This document shows positions 8,953 through 16,712 of a DNA stretch of 64,000 nt, one piece after another. The notes beneath the pieces were generated by a model that was not told the DNA's origin, made no database searches, and saw only the letters and a list, made by a program, of their open reading frames with translations. The stretch is from a virus. The translations under genes and the position numbers were made by a program. The stretch lies in IMG/VR virus record IMGVR_UViG_3300011763_000009, positions 13,182 to 77,181 of that record; one strand, written 5' to 3'. Within the stretch, counting starts at the first letter, position 1. Every line of letters begins with the position of its first letter.

Positions 8953-10574
8953 GCCGCACCGCCTTCCTGCCTGCTGAAATGCTGGCAAGGCGGACTTTCA
9001 AAAAGGATCTCCGGCTCACCGGCCTGATTGCCCCAGAACGACCAATTGCCGCGCAGCCTTACATCACCGTCCGCAAGACTTTCGCGACGTTGGAACATTT
9101 CGAGTTTTGGTAGCGTCGGGTAAAGCCGGTCGATCTGCTCAGCGAACCAGACCGGCTTTCGGCTATGCGGTCCCTTCTTTTCAGCATAGAGGCTGGGCGG
9201 CTGCGTTCCCATTTCAGGCGCAAGCGAGATCTTGCCGCGCTTGCCGATCAGCAGAATTTCCGCTCGATCGCGGACCCACCGGCCCATGCCGATATCGACC
9301 TTATCCCACACGATGCCGGAGACGAATTCGAAGCCCCATGCGCGCATCACAGCAATGCCGTCATCCAAACGGTTCATCGGCACCCAGAAGAAGAGGACGG
9401 CGTCTGGTGTGAACGGAGATTTATCCCCGGCACACAATGCCATGATTTCTTCGAGCGGCATGGAGGGGTACATCAACCCCTTGTCCTGACCAGTTTCGTC
9501 AGACCAAGCCTCCTGTTGCCACGGTGCATCGACGTATCCGACGGGGAAGGCGCGGCGCGGCATTTCAGCGCTGGATCTGCGACCGTTTTTCGCGATCAAT
9601 TCAACGAGGCGAAAGCGAGATTCACGATTGACCGCCTGTTTTGCAGTGCGTATTTCCTTGCTTTCAGCCGAAATGGCCTTATCTGCCGCGATCAATTCGC
9701 GCGCGTATTGCTCTTGCGCCTGCGGAGTCTCGAGCCTTTTGATCTGATCCAGCGTCACGCCTTTGTCGTGTCGTGTGCCACTCAACAGATGGAGAGCCAT
9801 GGCGGAAATCTTCTCACCACGTTCAACGTCGCGCTGAATTGTCCGCTCTTTTTGACCGGTCGCCTCGGCTGTCGCCGCCGTGAAACGCTTGGCCTCTAAT
9901 GTAGCTTCGCCAATTTGGCGAAGCTTCTCGCGACCGTTTCCAATCGCTCCGTTCGCCGTTTCCGGGTGCTTGACGAGATAGATCTCCTTCCGGCGCGCGA
10001 GAAACAAAGCTCGGTACGCTGGCGTCAAATCAGAACGGATGAGGTTTTCATCAATCTCACAAAGCTGTCGGTCGAGATCATCTCCGTCATAGTGGAAGCA
10101 AAGAACCTTGATGCCGAGGCGACGGCATGCTTCCAGTCGATGCCCGCCAGCACCGAGCTTGACGCTCGCGTCGGAGGCCTTTCCATACACTTCAATCGGT
10201 TGGCGCTGCCCGCTGCGCTCGAAGGCGTCCATAAGCGCAAGGACGGTTTTCTCATCCAAATCTCGAAGCCGGTTCCCTACGTCGATTGACTGCGGATCAC
10301 GCGCGACGGCAACTTTCATGGCCGGATTGTCGAGTGCAGCCGCGTCCGGAAACCTGCCGGTTTCCCGCGCCCGGTCCAGCACGGCTGTCGCATACTCACC
10401 CGGACGGAAAAGGTTTCCGTCTTTCGGGTCTCGCGTGAGATACCGGTGCCCCATCGCCGAGCACGCCGCGCGTACTTCCTGCGCAGTCTGGCAACGATAC
10501 TGACCATCGCGCACAGCTGACGCGATGATCGACAAGCCGGCTTCCTTCGGCATTTGCAGGTTTTTCGCCGTCAT
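8949..10574 (-). CDS. ParB-N domain / MT-A70 adenine methyltransferase fusion
   Basis: GQRQPIEV..AGGHRLEA..DENLIR (ParB); YVDAPW, YPSM, WDK..GMGRWVR, HSRKP (MT-A70). Confidence 0.85.
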   Translation of the reverse strand: MTAKNLQMPKEAGLSIIASAVRDGQYRCQTAQEVRAACSAMGHRYLTRDPKDGNLFRPGEYATAVLDRARETGRFPDAAALDNPAMKVAVARDPQSIDVGNRLRDLDEKTVLALMDAFERSGQRQPIEVYGKASDASVKLGAGGHRLEACRRLGIKVLCFHYDGDDLDRQLCEIDENLIRSDLTPAYRALFLARRKEIYLVKHPETANGAIGNGREKLRQIGEATLEAKRFTAATAEATGQKERTIQRDVERGEKISAMALHLLSGTRHDKGVTLDQIKRLETPQAQEQYARELIAADKAISAESKEIRTAKQAVNRESRFRLVELIAKNGRRSSAEMPRRAFPVGYVDAPWQQEAWSDETGQDKGLMYPSMPLEEIMALCAGDKSPFTPDAVLFFWVPMNRLDDGIAVMRAWGFEFVSGIVWDKVDIGMGRWVRDRAEILLIGKRGKISLAPEMGTQPPSLYAEKKGPHSRKPVWFAEQIDRLYPTLPKLEMFQRRESLADGDVRLRGNWSFWGNQAGEPEILFESPPCQHFSRQEGGAA

Positions 10575-10789
10575 GCCGCACCACCTTTACGCATCAGGCG
10601 CTGGTCAGCCTCGCGGATGATCTCGGCGGCACGTGCAGGCGATGCCCCGCGACCAAGAAGCTTTTCTGCTAAACGAGGGGTGAATTCAAAGCCCGCGAAG
10701 TTGATCGCGATGCGAACTTCACTAGGCAAGTCGTCAAAACAGACCATGCGAGGGCGCCTGCTTTGTGACAAGAGATGATTCTCATTCAT
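10571..10789 (-). CDS. Hypothetical phage protein
   Basis: Overlap-coupled; MVCFDDLPSEVRIAIN. Confidence 0.7.
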   Translation of the reverse strand: MNENHLLSQSRRPRMVCFDDLPSEVRIAINFAGFEFTPRLAEKLLGRGASPARAAEIIREADQRLMRKGGAA

Positions 10790-11540
10790 CGCAAGACTCC
10801 CTCTGAATTAGGGAGAGGAAATGTTTAGGAAGTATATTAGAGACAAGGTCGCTAGCATCATCCGGAACGCAATAGTTCTTCACTCTTTTGAGTAAAGCTA
10901 ATCTTCGTTCAGCCCGTCTAATTTCAACATCCAATTCATACCACCGCAGATCTTGGACCGACGTCAGCGGTTCGGCTGTTTTGCGCTTCTCACGGTGTGA
11001 GTTTCGTTTTTTTCTGCCGGAAATCGCGGCAATCTCTGCTCGGATACGTGATTTGGTTGGCTGATCACCTGAACGAAGAATCTCATTGAGTGTTCGTCGG
11101 ATAATTGAAGGGTCGCGTTCTACAGCATCCCTCAGATCCCGCCCCTCAGTAATTCTAAATCGATCGACGCCAAGCTCTTTGCGAGTTAATTTCTTTTCTT
11201 GTGCCCCGCGACGACTGCCCCCAAGCGAGGACAAAATGCCGGATTTCTGGGCTTTATCGTATTCTTCGGTGAATCGAATTTTGGCCAACGCTTCGATTTC
11301 AATGGCGTCAGCCTGAGCGCGTCTCGCACTGCTTATCACGTCGTCACGAGCGCCTTTCGCCCTTGCTAGCCGCTCCGCCGACCTGGCAGCATCGTAAGCA
11401 GCCGCAGCAAGGTGCTGTGCGTCAAGAATCTCCGCCGAAGTCGTGGCAGCCTGAAGCCTTTCTGCTGCGTTTCGTATTGCAGATTGCAGACCTTTCTCCG
11501 ACACTTTCGTAGGGTTGATTGCTATCTTTTTTCCAGACAT
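10782..11540 (-). CDS. Hypothetical helical protein
   Basis: Coupled ORF, more AT-rich than its neighbours. Confidence 0.7.
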   Translation of the reverse strand: MSGKKIAINPTKVSEKGLQSAIRNAAERLQAATTSAEILDAQHLAAAAYDAARSAERLARAKGARDDVISSARRAQADAIEIEALAKIRFTEEYDKAQKSGILSSLGGSRRGAQEKKLTRKELGVDRFRITEGRDLRDAVERDPSIIRRTLNEILRSGDQPTKSRIRAEIAAISGRKKRNSHREKRKTAEPLTSVQDLRWYELDVEIRRAERRLALLKRVKNYCVPDDASDLVSNILPKHFLSLIQRESCDE

Positions 11541-11767
11541 CAGTGCACCCCCATCCACTTGCGGAGGTATGCCTGCCCGCTATTGGTAATCATCGCTTGC
11601 CGCTTGTCGTTGGACAGGCGAACGTAACCGGCGCGCATGCACTGGACGGCGGATGGCAATTCGCCGTGGCGAATATCGCACCAGGCGTCAGCGCGAGCCA
11701 CGTGTCGCAGAAAACTGCGATCACGATCCGAAATTGGATGCTCAAAAAGAGAAACAGCGGCGTTCAA
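11540..11767 (-). CDS. Hypothetical phage protein
   Basis: TTG start overlapping the upstream stop. Confidence 0.6.
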   Translation of the reverse strand: MNAAVSLFEHPISDRDRSFLRHVARADAWCDIRHGELPSAVQCMRAGYVRLSNDKRQAMITNSGQAYLRKWMGVH

Positions 11768-11931
11768 AGTCCTGCCTCCTCGACAATGCGGCAAACCTCG
11801 ATCTCGTCGAGGCCAAGCTCCGCAGCGATTTCATGGGTGGATTTTCCAGCATGCCAAAGGTCGAGAACCCGCGCGGTGCGAGCCTCTTTCACGAGTTTGG
11901 AGCGACTGGTTTCGGCCATGCAAAGCGTCAT
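11764..11931 (-). CDS. Small HTH protein (55 aa)
   Basis: Hand translation ...VLDLWHAGKSTHEIAAELGLDEIEVCRIV; ATGA-coupled; not in the ORF track. Confidence 0.65.
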   Translation of the reverse strand: MTLCMAETSRSKLVKEARTARVLDLWHAGKSTHEIAAELGLDEIEVCRIVEEAGL

Positions 11932-12377
11932 GAGCCACCACCAATCAGGCCGCTGCGAAGCTCCTGCATCTGGGCAATTGCATCGTCGAGGAGCGGTAGA
12001 AGCGTGCGACGCTCGTGATTATCGATCTTCCCATCAAGAAAAGACGTGATAAGCGCGGACAGCAGTTTGCCCTTGGTGTCGGCCAAGCGACCGACATCCT
12101 CCATATCCGGCGCGTCAGCTTCGGATTCATTCTGGACGAGACGAAACCCGCTCATCTGAGCCATAAATTCCGTGACCAGAGGATAGCCTGCCATGCGCTC
12201 GACATCGGCAACGACATCGAGCGGCATGAACTCTTTTTCGCGCGGAGAGGCGTAGCGCGACAGGTGCGCCTCCCCAACCCGGCTTTCCTTGGCAACGTTG
12301 GATGCACCAACCTGACGGAGAAGCCGGCCAACGGTAGCCTTCAAGTCGCGCCGCTCTTCCTGAGAGGTGGGGCGCAT
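11928..12377 (-). CDS. CII-like phage regulatory protein
   Basis: HLSRYAS..FMPLDVVADVE..DGKIDNHE; downstream of cro. Confidence 0.7.
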   Translation of the reverse strand: MRPTSQEERRDLKATVGRLLRQVGASNVAKESRVGEAHLSRYASPREKEFMPLDVVADVERMAGYPLVTEFMAQMSGFRLVQNESEADAPDMEDVGRLADTKGKLLSALITSFLDGKIDNHERRTLLPLLDDAIAQMQELRSGLIGGGS

Positions 12378-12693
12378 GTTTTCGGTCTCATCTGGGCGCA
12401 CGAAATCGTCCTCGAAAATCAAGGGAATCTTTTCGGAAATTCTTCCGGTGAATTTGTTGGAAGCTGCGATTAGCTTCGTAGAGTCCAACCAAGAAAAGGC
12501 GGCCCGCATGACATCGAACCATCAAGAGAAGAACCGCCGGAGCCGGGAGGAGAGGCGTCACGGCGGGTGCGCAAAAGGGAGAGGACAAACCCCTGCGCAA
12601 CAGGAAAGACGTTCCGGACGGAAGGGTCCGCAGGCGTGCAAAGCCTCTTCCGTCCGGTTTCCCGCTCGTCGCCTGGCCGTTGAACGGCGGGAT

Positions 12694-12769
12694 TGGTTGC
12701 AGCGGCAGGATTTGACCCTGCGACATCGTGGGTATGAACCACGCGGGATGACCGCTTCCCTACGCTGCG
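12694..12769 (-). tRNA. tRNA-Met(CAT), initiator-like, deviant (possibly pseudo)
   Basis: 76-nt cloverleaf: CGCAGCG/CGCTGCA acceptor with C1xA72, GGGA/TCCC D-stem, CGTGG-TTCATAC-CCACG, GCAGG-GTCAAAT-CCTGC, encoded ACCA. Confidence 0.8.
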
Positions 12770-12786
12770 GAAAAAATGGAGCGCCA

Positions 12787-13032
12787 TCATTCTGCGGCCT
12801 CCTGAGAAACTCGGAAAAAATCATCTGGGGAAAGCTCAATTCCCTGCGCGCGCGCATGAGCAAGCAAAACGAATGCATCGGCTTGGGGAATAATTCCACC
12901 TGTGCCGCCCCGATCCTTGGGATACATCCAACGATAGACCCGAGAGATGTGCTTACCAGTTACGGCAGACACCTTGTCGATGCCAATTTTGGCAATCACC
13001 GACTTCGCTGGCTCTAGATGATTTTCGCTCAT
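12787..13032 (-). CDS. cro: Cro-like repressor
   Basis: 81-aa HTH (VSAVTGKHISRVYRW..GGTGGIIP) divergent from CI. Confidence 0.8.
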   Translation of the reverse strand: MSENHLEPAKSVIAKIGIDKVSAVTGKHISRVYRWMYPKDRGGTGGIIPQADAFVLLAHARAQGIELSPDDFFRVSQEAAE

Positions 13033-13115
13033 ATCGCGATATTTGCGATTATCGCGATTTAATGTCAACCGATTTGTTGCGAATATCGCGATAGATTTTT
13101 TTGCGAAATACGCGA
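13025..13115. promoter_or_regulatory. OR-like operator cluster and pR
   Basis: Quasi-palindrome TYGCGA-N3-TCGCGA at 13043 and 13077, variants at 13025 and 13101; TTGACA on the minus strand at 13063-13068. Confidence 0.8.
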
Positions 13116-13126
13116 AAGTCTGCCCT

Positions 13127-13852
13127 ATGCAAGATCCACAGCACGAAATTAAGAACTGGCTCGACCAGAAGCTCAGGAATGCTCCGCGCGGAACCGCGAG
13201 TGAGTTGGCAGAGAAGATCGGCGTATCGTCGACCATGCTGAGCAGGATGAAACCGACCACAAAAGAGCCGCGAAAGATCAGCCTTCAAGAGATTGAGGGT
13301 ATCGCTCGCTTCTTTCAGGAACTTCCACCAGGCTATGAGGAAATGGTCAGCTGGCTGAACTCATCGAGCGAGCCGCAACCTCCAGCGCGACGGCCCAAGC
13401 CAAACGCGAGCTTCCCTCCCCGATGGCAGGCTTTTCCCGGTGACGTATCCATTCCCTTGAGAGGCCAAATTTCGGCAGGGCCGAACGGTCGCTTCATCAT
13501 GAACGGCCAAGACATTGCGCGGGTATTCTGCCCACCAGGCTTGGAAGGCGTTGAAGGCGCTTACGCCGTTCAGATTCAAGGAACTTCAGGCGAGCCGCGC
13601 TTCTACCATGGGGAGACAGCTTGGGCTAATCCCCATGCGCGGTATCGCAAAGGCGACGACGTGATCGTTCAGATCCTTGGCGACTTCGAGGACGATGAAG
13701 TGTCCAGCTACATCAAACGCTTTGAGAGCCAAAGCGGTGATGTTTTACGGCTGTATCAGTACAATCCAGGACCCGACGAAGCACATGAGTTAGAGTTCCC
13801 GACAGACAAAGTCTTCAGCATTCACAAGGTTGTTTTTCACGCAATGCTGTGA
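13127..13852 (+). CDS. cI: CI-like repressor (HTH + S24 peptidase)
   Basis: ELAEKIGVSSTMLSRM HTH, ISAG cleavage-like site, GTSGEP and SYIKR catalytic motifs. Confidence 0.88.
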   Translation: MQDPQHEIKNWLDQKLRNAPRGTASELAEKIGVSSTMLSRMKPTTKEPRKISLQEIEGIARFFQELPPGYEEMVSWLNSSSEPQPPARRPKPNASFPPRWQAFPGDVSIPLRGQISAGPNGRFIMNGQDIARVFCPPGLEGVEGAYAVQIQGTSGEPRFYHGETAWANPHARYRKGDDVIVQILGDFEDDEVSSYIKRFESQSGDVLRLYQYNPGPDEAHELEFPTDKVFSIHKVVFHAML

Positions 13853-14103
13853 CCGGCGTGTTCCGCGCGCCAAGTTGGTCGAATTGTTAAATTCCTAAAT
13901 GCCGGAAGCTTTTTGGGGCACTCGCTGCACCTGATTTTCCGGCATAATTGCATGTAATTATATACGCCGAGATCACCGGCTTTTCGCAAATTATCCAGAC
14001 CAAGAATCCGAGAATGGCCACAGTCATCGCAAGCCACGTAGAGGTTGGATAGCTCAACAATTAATCGCATCGCATCCGGATGATCGATTGGTGGCCGTTT
14101 CAT
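13837..14103 (-). CDS. Small zinc-finger protein (CxxC...CxxC)
   Basis: CDDCGH...CSEC; GGGAG RBS before ATG 14103. Confidence 0.75.
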   Translation of the reverse strand: MKRPPIDHPDAMRLIVELSNLYVACDDCGHSRILGLDNLRKAGDLGVYNYMQLCRKIRCSECPKKLPAFRNLTIRPTWRAEHAGHSIA

Positions 14104-14116
14104 TCTCCCATCCTTT

Positions 14117-14131
14117 GTTCTTGTTCCGTTC
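14117..14131. promoter_or_regulatory. Alphaproteobacterial LexA (SOS) box
   Basis: GTTC-TTGTTCC-GTTC, 13 nt upstream of the zinc-finger gene start. Confidence 0.75.
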
Positions 14132-14229
14132 ATGCTAAAAAAGCATCTTCGGGCGAAAGAGTCGAGTCGGTTTTTGCTGATTCGTTTTCGCGATCGACGC
14201 ATCGCTTCCTGACTGCACCGTAACTATAA

Positions 14230-14282
14230 TCGCGATTATCGCGAAATTATCGCTTGACTTATTTTGCGATTATCGCGAAATT
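14230..14282 (+). promoter_or_regulatory. OL-like operators and pL
   Basis: TCGCGATTATCGCGA at 14230 and TTGCGATTATCGCGA at 14264 flank TTGACT at 14254. Confidence 0.8.
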
Positions 14283-14387
14283 CCGTCCATCCAAGCAAAC
14301 CACATGGCTTGGACAAAGACCGGACGGCACCCCAATCCCCCTCGCCTCGATGCCGTCCGGTCTCCCCTTCAACGGATGGAGACCGAC

Positions 14388-14570
14388 ATGAACGTCAGTG
14401 CGATGAACGACAATGAGAAGATCGAAGCTATGGCCGCCGCGATGCGCCGGTTTGGCGAGGGCTGCACCCGCGAGCAGCTGAACCTCTATTTCCCGAACGC
14501 CGATATCGACCGCCTGCACGAACAGGCCCGGATGAAGGCGAACGACGAAGCGCTCATGGAAGCGGCCTGA
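14388..14570 (+). CDS. Hypothetical protein (first pL gene)
   Basis: GGAGA RBS before ATG 14388. Confidence 0.7.
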   Translation: MNVSAMNDNEKIEAMAAAMRRFGEGCTREQLNLYFPNADIDRLHEQARMKANDEALMEAA

Positions 14571-14635
14571 CGCCACGTCCGGTTTCGGTGACCGTCTCTC
14601 CCCCGAGGCGGCATCCGAAATGGATGGAGGCCAAC

Positions 14636-14836
14636 ATGACCCAGATATCCCCCGCTTACCCCTTAGCCTGCAAGAACCTCGGCACATTTCACAAGGTCGA
14701 GCCAACACCCTATTGCCGCATGATCGTCGTCAGCGTTACCGCCGTCGCCTTTCTGGCGCTGTTCATGGCTGCTTCGATCTGCGGCGCCCGCATCGTCGAG
14801 GTGGAGCGTCAGCTGCAGCAGGACGCACGCATATGA
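14636..14836 (+). CDS. Small membrane protein
   Basis: GGAGG RBS; one hydrophobic helix. Confidence 0.65.
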   Translation: MTQISPAYPLACKNLGTFHKVEPTPYCRMIVVSVTAVAFLALFMAASICGARIVEVERQLQQDARI

Positions 14837-14994
14837 TCCGCCTCATCCTTTTCCGAATCCGCATCGAAGAAGCGGCGGACGCGATGCGCGGCGACATGGT
14901 CGAGCTTTGCAAGATCGACGTGATCGTCATCACCCTGAACGCGCTTCGCGCACCGCAGATCGACCTGCGCGAACAGGGAGGAATCTGGCAATGA
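14833..14994 (+). CDS. Hypothetical protein
   Basis: ATGA coupling at both ends. Confidence 0.55.
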   Translation: MIRLILFRIRIEEAADAMRGDMVELCKIDVIVITLNALRAPQIDLREQGGIWQ

Positions 14995-15341
14995 GCGCCG
15001 AGATCTTCATCCTTCCCGTTCGCAAGCCGCCCGTGCGCCTCGTCTTTTCCGCTGGCGGCCAGCGCAAGACTGAAAGCGACGCGTTCGTCGAGCGTCAGCT
15101 TGCGGAGGCAAACTCACACCTGGTCGGCGCCCAGTCCGACATTGCCCACGCCTTCAAGGTCGTCACCAACGGCAAAACCCTGCCCGAACACGACGCGACC
15201 ATGACGGGCGACACGCTTGAATCAGTCCTGCGCGCCGCCGTTCCCCTTCTCAATCTCTCCGGAGCCAGCAACCGCGACCGCGATCTTTCGCGCGCCATTC
15301 GCCAATGGCTCCAGGTCAACGGGAGCCTAGACCATGACTAA
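14991..15341 (+). CDS. Hypothetical protein
   Basis: GGAGG RBS, coupled start. Confidence 0.7.
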   Translation: MSAEIFILPVRKPPVRLVFSAGGQRKTESDAFVERQLAEANSHLVGAQSDIAHAFKVVTNGKTLPEHDATMTGDTLESVLRAAVPLLNLSGASNRDRDLSRAIRQWLQVNGSLDHD

Positions 15342-15438
15342 ATCCGCCATCGTGCGCGAAGCGCGCATCCTTCAGACCCTCGTCGGTTCCGTCTTCGCCA
15401 TCGCAATGGTGACGGGCATGCTGGCCGGAGTGCTCTGA
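15334..15438 (+). CDS. 34-aa hydrophobic peptide
   Basis: MTKSAIVREARILQTLVGSVFAIAMVTGMLAGVL; GGAG RBS; fills the gap in the operon. Confidence 0.5.
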   Translation: MTKSAIVREARILQTLVGSVFAIAMVTGMLAGVL

Positions 15439-15439
15439 C

Positions 15440-15730
15440 ATGCGCCAGAACAACAAGCTTGGCGGCGCAAAGCTTCCGTCCGCCGTGATGCTCATTCGCT
15501 GCGCGCAGATGGGCATGGGTCGCACCCAGATTGCCGACCATTACGGCGCCAGCATCAAGCGCGTGACGACGCGGCTGCGCGAGCTGGGCGTCGACGCTCC
15601 GCTTTACGGCAAGACATGGCGCGAGGCGCGGTTCAGATTCGACACCGTGGTTGTCCGCCGTTTCAGCAGCAGCATCACCCTGCCCTGCCCTGCGATCTAT
15701 GCCGCCGCGCTGGAGAATCCCCATGGCTGA
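15440..15730 (+). CDS. HTH protein
   Basis: MGRTQIADHYGASIKRVTTRL. Confidence 0.65.
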   Translation: MRQNNKLGGAKLPSAVMLIRCAQMGMGRTQIADHYGASIKRVTTRLRELGVDAPLYGKTWREARFRFDTVVVRRFSSSITLPCPAIYAAALENPHG

Positions 15731-16688
15731 GACGACGGCAATTTCGTGGACGGATTACACCTGGTCGCCTTGGACCGGCTGCGCCCGTATCAGTCCAGCA
15801 TGTGACGGATGCTATGCCGCACAGCTGATGGACACGCGCATGCATCGCGCCGAGTGGGGCGCACCGGGTTCCGGAGAAGGCACCCGCAGCCTAATGTCCG
15901 AGGACTACTGGAAAAAGCCGATCGCGTGGAACCGCAAGGCAGCAAAAGCAAATGCTGAACGCCCGCCGTTCGTGTTCCCGTCGCTCTGCGATCCGTTCGA
16001 CAATGCCGTACCGGCGGAATGGCGCGAGCGATTTTTCCAGCTTATCGACGAAACCCCTTTTCTCATTTGGCTTCTGCTGACGAAGCGCATCGGCAACATC
16101 GAGAAGATGACGAACGGCATAACGATGCCGCGCAACATCGCGATCGGCGCAACGTTCTGCAATCAGATCGAATGGAGCCGTGATTGGCTTAAGTTGCAGC
16201 GCGCCAAGGAAGCGACCGGAGCGATATTCACATTCGGCAGCTACGAACCGCTACTGGGCGCCATCAGGTTCGACGGCACCACATTGCCGGATTGGCTGAT
16301 TACCGGCGGCGAGACTGACCAGGGCGCGCACAAGGCCCGTCCCACGCACCCGGAATGGTTCCGCATGATCCGCGACGCCGCAGCAGATGCTGGGAAGGCC
16401 TTTCACCACAAGCAGAACGGCGAATGGGCGACAGGCTTCTTTGAGGATCTCGGAGACATGGCCGTGTTCAAGCCCGACGAACCGGGCGTGAAAGTACCCG
16501 CCCTCGCAAAGGCCGATTGCCATTGGTTCGACGAGCGCGAGTGGCCGGAAGGTTGCGGCGCCGTCCGCGTCGGCAAGCGCAGATCCGGCCGCACGCTCGA
16601 CGGCGTCGAGCACAATGCAATCCCTGAAATTGAAGTTGCGACAGTCAGCGTTCGGCATAGCCCCGCGCCGTCTGCGCTCGACCTCTAA
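15723..16688 (+). CDS. Gp37/Gp68 (DUF5131) family protein
   Basis: TAISWTDYTWSPWTGCARISPACDGCYA, LLLTKR, EPLLG, WLITGGE. Confidence 0.9.
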   Translation: MAETTAISWTDYTWSPWTGCARISPACDGCYAAQLMDTRMHRAEWGAPGSGEGTRSLMSEDYWKKPIAWNRKAAKANAERPPFVFPSLCDPFDNAVPAEWRERFFQLIDETPFLIWLLLTKRIGNIEKMTNGITMPRNIAIGATFCNQIEWSRDWLKLQRAKEATGAIFTFGSYEPLLGAIRFDGTTLPDWLITGGETDQGAHKARPTHPEWFRMIRDAAADAGKAFHHKQNGEWATGFFEDLGDMAVFKPDEPGVKVPALAKADCHWFDEREWPEGCGAVRVGKRRSGRTLDGVEHNAIPEIEVATVSVRHSPAPSALDL

Positions 16689-16712
16689 CCTCCCAAGCGA
16701 AAGGCTACGGAA

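Noticed and set aside
12367..13017. ORFs across the cro-cII spacer
   Set aside because: They overlap the tRNA and hairpins and have no protein-like features
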